Of a DNA stretch of 64,000 nt, positions 60,001 to 64,000 are shown in pieces; positions within the stretch are counted from its first letter, which is position 1, and every line of letters begins with the position of its first letter. This DNA comes from Bacteroidia bacterium (GTDB lineage: Bacteria; Bacteroidota; Bacteroidia; M30B66). A model generated the notes under the pieces. That model was not told where the DNA came from and did not search any database. It saw only the letters and a program-made list of their open reading frames with translations. The translations under genes were made by a program, and so were the position numbers. The DNA lies in the NCBI GenBank assembly GCA_965279035.1, contig OZ257142.1, positions 3,584,001-3,648,000 of the forward strand, given 5' to 3'.

Positions 60001-60243
60001 AATTAAACTCAACTAATTGATTTTCACATTTCAAATTGCTTGATAATGATCTATTTGACGAAAAATAATATACTTTAAACAAGATCTGATAAATAGTTTG
60101 ATTGAATGAAATTGTTTAATCGCTTTCATTTAATTTATTAGTACAGATGTTTTTTGTTGAATGTATTTTCGCCATTAATAAAAACAATTACCAAGCTGTT
60201 TATCCATAAGTTTGATGGAAATTCATGTGATTGCATTTTTGAA

Positions 60244-61215
60244 ATGGCTGACGTTCGGATTGGATCAAAAGTACGTTTACTCAATGAAGTAGGCGAAGGT
60301 GTGGTGACAGGCTTCAACAAGCAAGGAATGGCGCTGGTGATGATGGATGATGGATTTGAAATTCCGTATTTTCCAAAACAACTAGTTGCTATTGGTGGAA
60401 TGGGAAGTTCAAATTCCGAACAAGCCAGCACGGGTAGTATTTCGATAAACGCGTCTTCCTTAAAAGAATCGCTGTATTTGGCTTTCGTACTCGAAGGAAT
60501 TTTGAAAGATCAACCCAAGATTTCGGTGCGTTTGCTCAATCAGATGCGGGAATCGATGTTGGTAGCCTTGTATAGTGAAACGGAGCGTGTATATACTTTA
60601 GTTGCAAGTGGAGAAATTCCTGCTGGTGCTGGAAAGACAGTACTAACTATGGTATTGCCCGAATTATTACAACTCGATCGATTCTTTATTCAAATTCAGC
60701 CCTTGATTGGGAATACAAAGATATTACCGGCTACTTGGAGTGGATACATTAAACATCAAACTCCTGCGATGATTGAGCCAGCTACTTGGCCACAACAGCT
60801 TGTTTTTACCGAACGAGCCTTGATGATTGAAGTATTTCCAGACAAAAGTGGCAATCAATCGAATGTTCCAAATAAAGATGCGGTTCCTCGTAAGATGACA
60901 ACTCTCCCACAAGACTGGCTATTGAAGCAAGGACGGGATGGGAATTACGAGGTGGATTTACACATTGAAGAATTATTGGAAGATACAGCCGGCATGGATA
61001 ATTCGGAAATTATTCGTCACCAATTGAGGCACTTTGAAAAATGTTTGGATGAAGCGCGTCGACGACCTGTGAAACGTTTCGTAGTGATTCACGGAGTGGG
61101 AAAAGGACGATTACGTGATGAAATTCGGAAGCTTTTAACTGCTGATAAAATGGAACATTACGATGCTGCTTTGTCGAAATACGGATATGGTGCAACCGAG
61201 ATTATTGTGAAATAA
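60244..61215 (+). CDS. Smr/MutS-domain protein (DUF2027-associated type)
   Basis: N-terminal 'IGSKVRLLNEVGEGVV...DGFEIP', C-terminal 'VDLHIEEL', 'VIHGVGKGRLR', 'YGYGATEI'. Confidence 0.85.
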   Translation: MADVRIGSKVRLLNEVGEGVVTGFNKQGMALVMMDDGFEIPYFPKQLVAIGGMGSSNSEQASTGSISINASSLKESLYLAFVLEGILKDQPKISVRLLNQMRESMLVALYSETERVYTLVASGEIPAGAGKTVLTMVLPELLQLDRFFIQIQPLIGNTKILPATWSGYIKHQTPAMIEPATWPQQLVFTERALMIEVFPDKSGNQSNVPNKDAVPRKMTTLPQDWLLKQGRDGNYEVDLHIEELLEDTAGMDNSEIIRHQLRHFEKCLDEARRRPVKRFVVIHGVGKGRLRDEIRKLLTADKMEHYDAALSKYGYGATEIIVK

Positions 61216-61254
61216 TTAGAACTACGTGTTGAAAATAAATGAAAAATCGGAAGT

Positions 61255-61280
61255 ATTGAATTCGAAATTGGGAATTCAAT
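61255..61280. terminator. AT-rich hairpin between convergent genes
   Basis: ATTGAATTC / GAATTCAAT 9-bp stem. Confidence 0.35.
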
Positions 61281-61290
61281 TAGTATCAAT

Positions 61291-63912
61291 TTATTGTTTC
61301 CATACTAAGTTAAGCCGCTGATAACAACGATCGTGTGATTCTTTGCAAAAGAAAAGTGGCTTTCCATTTGCGCCAATATTTGAACCCATATCCCATTTGC
61401 CTATGATGGCTAACGTGATATAATGTGCAAATCGAGGTGTCACAAAATAATGGGTATAACAATTCGGATCTCCTGTTGCCAACCAAGCAATACCTTGATT
61501 TTGGTTAGTACTTGATGGAATTGAAGATGAAAATGAAGGCAAAGATTCATCCACGTAAGGACGAACGTACTTATTACTTTCATTCTTAAATCGATTGTCA
61601 TCGCTGTGATGAATGATGTTACCGGCAATATGACAAAGCTCATGTGTTAAAGCATAAATCATTAATTGACGAGTTAAAGCATCTAATCTGGAATCAATTA
61701 AACTTGAAAGAGTATTCATATCAACATCTGTGTTGAATTCTCTTTTCAAAACTTTAACTGATTCATAAAACGCTTGAGAATATCTAAACTCGAGTTTAGA
61801 AGAATCACTAAAATCAATGGTAGGAGGCAGATATTTTTTTAGCTCTGTAAATGCTTCTGTTAAATCATCATAATTAATAATGACTGCCCAAAAATTATGA
61901 GGTGAAATTTTCTGATCGTTATATGAACTTTCGGGTTTTAATAAAACAGATTTTGCCAATACATTGGCTTTTTTAGGATAGTCGATTATTGAAATACAAC
62001 ATAATTCATGCTCCGAAGAATGTTTTCCATCATTGGTTCTATTGAAGTTAGCCCAACGATTTATCATGTGAGTTGCGTAAGGAGAAGATATATTTTCCCC
62101 TGGAACCAATTCTAACAATTGATCATCTCCAATATCAATTACATCGATATTGCTATTTTTCGAAAAATAAGAAACCGCTTTATCAACCTCTTCTTTATAC
62201 TTTGATTTTAAGCACAAAAGAAGCTCTTGACGTTTAATATTTAATTGAATTCGTTTTAACGCATTGTCTTTTTTAATGACAAACCCACGGTATTCTTCGT
62301 ACAAAGTAATTCCGTCGCCTCTATTCGTATTTGGACTTCCAATGGATTCATTGTCTTCATTGGGAGGATAATTTAGATCGAATATTCCTTGATTTTTCTC
62401 CCATTGATCTGCAATATCATTATAGTTCCCATCCAATGGGATTGAGATGGCTTGCTCACTTTCAATTTGATCAATTACATGGGTTTCGAGTTTTGTTCCA
62501 TCTTCTAAAGTAACATCTGCATTGAGTTTCCCATAGGAACCATAATCATAACTAATGACTGTGATTGTTTTATCTTGAACTGTATTTTTAGTTATAAGTT
62601 CTGTTTCATCAACATGCTCATAAATAGCATTGGGATCGGTTGAATTAAAACGTAAATCAGGCTTTTTATCACTTAATTTTTGTGAAGGATAATTCATACA
62701 CCAACCACTATTTTTACTTGCCTCCGTAAAGAAAAAGCGTGCTTTCCAAGGCATGACAGCAGGTTGATGCGTTTTCTTATCCCAAACCATTATCTGAAAA
62801 TCAAGTCTGTTACCGCAAGCTATTCCCTGCGCATCTTTTTCGACTTGTTCTTTTTCATTGATTTTAGGTCCTTCAGGTATCCAAGTTTTGTATTTGTTTT
62901 TATCGACAGGAAATAACACTGCTTCGTATTTGGATTCTTGCAAAAGGCTTACTGAAACATGATAGGTAATTGCAATGGATACATTTCCATTTTTATAATT
63001 TACGGTAGAGGATTTGTCAAGCGTAAATCCATTTTTAACTTTTTGAATGGAAGCATCTGAAGCTATCATTCTTGCTGCGCTTTCAGAAGTTATAGCATAC
63101 GTTTCAGTTCCTTTATTACTCAAATTCCCTTGGAGTGCATTATAATTTAAACCAGCCTGTAAAATGCCAGCTAAATAATTTTCCCGAGTAAATGATGCAT
63201 TAAAAGAATTTCCAATTAAATCTGTTCGATTTCCATCTTCTAATTTTTCCCCAGAGCCAACTGCCTTATTTATTACAAATGCGAAATCAAGTGCACCTTC
63301 AGCCTTGGGTTTTTCTTCTGTTATTTCATAAGTAAAATTAAATGTGGGATTTTGTTCAAAAGACACACTATTCAAATTCCATTTCTCATCTAAATTATGC
63401 TCTTTCTGATTATTGTATAAGACATAGTCACTATATGAATTGAGTGTTTCCGAGGATTGATAGTTAGCTCCTCCTGTAATGACAAATTTCTTGTCTTTAA
63501 ACTTCCCTTTCTCCTCATCATTCCAATTAAAATCGTAATAAATATCGTTTCCTACAGTACGAATTTGAGCATACATACTATCACATACAGCATTTACATT
63601 ACAGGTATAAGTAGATGATCCAAAACTATGTGACTTTTCATTTTCTTCTCCAACAATGGTGGTATCGTGCGAAGTAACAATAGTATATTTCAAATTCAAT
63701 TTCGCAGTATAGGGAACAAAGCTTTCCTTATTGGCATATTGAGCAATATTATCATTTGATTTTGCTGGAATTTTATCGCCCATTCCATGCGTTTTCATGT
63801 ATTCGAGCTTTTGTTGATTGGTAGCTCCAGGCGGTTGTGCAAAGGTATTTATTGAAAAGAGGAAGCTAAATAAGCATTGAAAATAGAATGTCCATTTTAA
63901 TTTTACTGTCAT
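61291..63912 (-). CDS. Secreted hypothetical protein with an HExxH motif, possible zinc metalloprotease
   Basis: Signal peptide ending 'TFAQ', 'IPLDGNYNDIADQWE', 'GDGITLYEEYRGF', 'LTHELCHIAGNIIHH'. Confidence 0.6.
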   Translation of the reverse strand: MTVKLKWTFYFQCLFSFLFSINTFAQPPGATNQQKLEYMKTHGMGDKIPAKSNDNIAQYANKESFVPYTAKLNLKYTIVTSHDTTIVGEENEKSHSFGSSTYTCNVNAVCDSMYAQIRTVGNDIYYDFNWNDEEKGKFKDKKFVITGGANYQSSETLNSYSDYVLYNNQKEHNLDEKWNLNSVSFEQNPTFNFTYEITEEKPKAEGALDFAFVINKAVGSGEKLEDGNRTDLIGNSFNASFTRENYLAGILQAGLNYNALQGNLSNKGTETYAITSESAARMIASDASIQKVKNGFTLDKSSTVNYKNGNVSIAITYHVSVSLLQESKYEAVLFPVDKNKYKTWIPEGPKINEKEQVEKDAQGIACGNRLDFQIMVWDKKTHQPAVMPWKARFFFTEASKNSGWCMNYPSQKLSDKKPDLRFNSTDPNAIYEHVDETELITKNTVQDKTITVISYDYGSYGKLNADVTLEDGTKLETHVIDQIESEQAISIPLDGNYNDIADQWEKNQGIFDLNYPPNEDNESIGSPNTNRGDGITLYEEYRGFVIKKDNALKRIQLNIKRQELLLCLKSKYKEEVDKAVSYFSKNSNIDVIDIGDDQLLELVPGENISSPYATHMINRWANFNRTNDGKHSSEHELCCISIIDYPKKANVLAKSVLLKPESSYNDQKISPHNFWAVIINYDDLTEAFTELKKYLPPTIDFSDSSKLEFRYSQAFYESVKVLKREFNTDVDMNTLSSLIDSRLDALTRQLMIYALTHELCHIAGNIIHHSDDNRFKNESNKYVRPYVDESLPSFSSSIPSSTNQNQGIAWLATGDPNCYTHYFVTPRFAHYITLAIIGKWDMGSNIGANGKPLFFCKESHDRCYQRLNLVWKQ

Positions 63913-64000
63913 AAAGAATTAAATTTCATCATGAATAAAAAGAGTATTCAATGCATGTATTTTAAACAAGCAAGGGTGAAAAAACCAAAAATTAAAAAAG

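Overview
Chromosomal segment of a Bacteroidota bacterium, inferred from several T9SS C-terminal sorting domains and TAnnTTTG-type -7 promoter boxes. It mixes housekeeping genes (truA, fabF, rlmD, rocD, xerD, aroQ, bioD, bioA, TonB, a Smr-domain protein) with accessory content: an AT-rich multi-PAS kinase/response-regulator operon, a RES-Xre toxin-antitoxin pair, two tandem TPR/LuxR-type membrane regulators, a ~4,700-aa repetitive T9SS surface protein, a 2,213-aa type-B T9SS protein, and an IS3-family element interrupted by an IS1595-family element. The most unusual signal is at 16.25-17.12 kb: three ~290-bp tandem units, each ending in a GC-rich palindrome and each carrying the 3' end of the PaaI thioesterase gene. 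Over the last 28 codons, the third (non-coding) copy differs from the live gene only by silent changes, as if 3' ends of functional alleles were stacked there. Other highlights are a cluster of distinct REP-like or structured repeats at 20.0-20.5 kb, an IS1595 inserted exactly in the IS3 frameshift A-tract, and a candidate small transcript divergent from the TPR/LuxR regulators. No rRNA, tRNA, CRISPR array or prophage was seen. All family assignments come from motif recognition by eye, not database searches.
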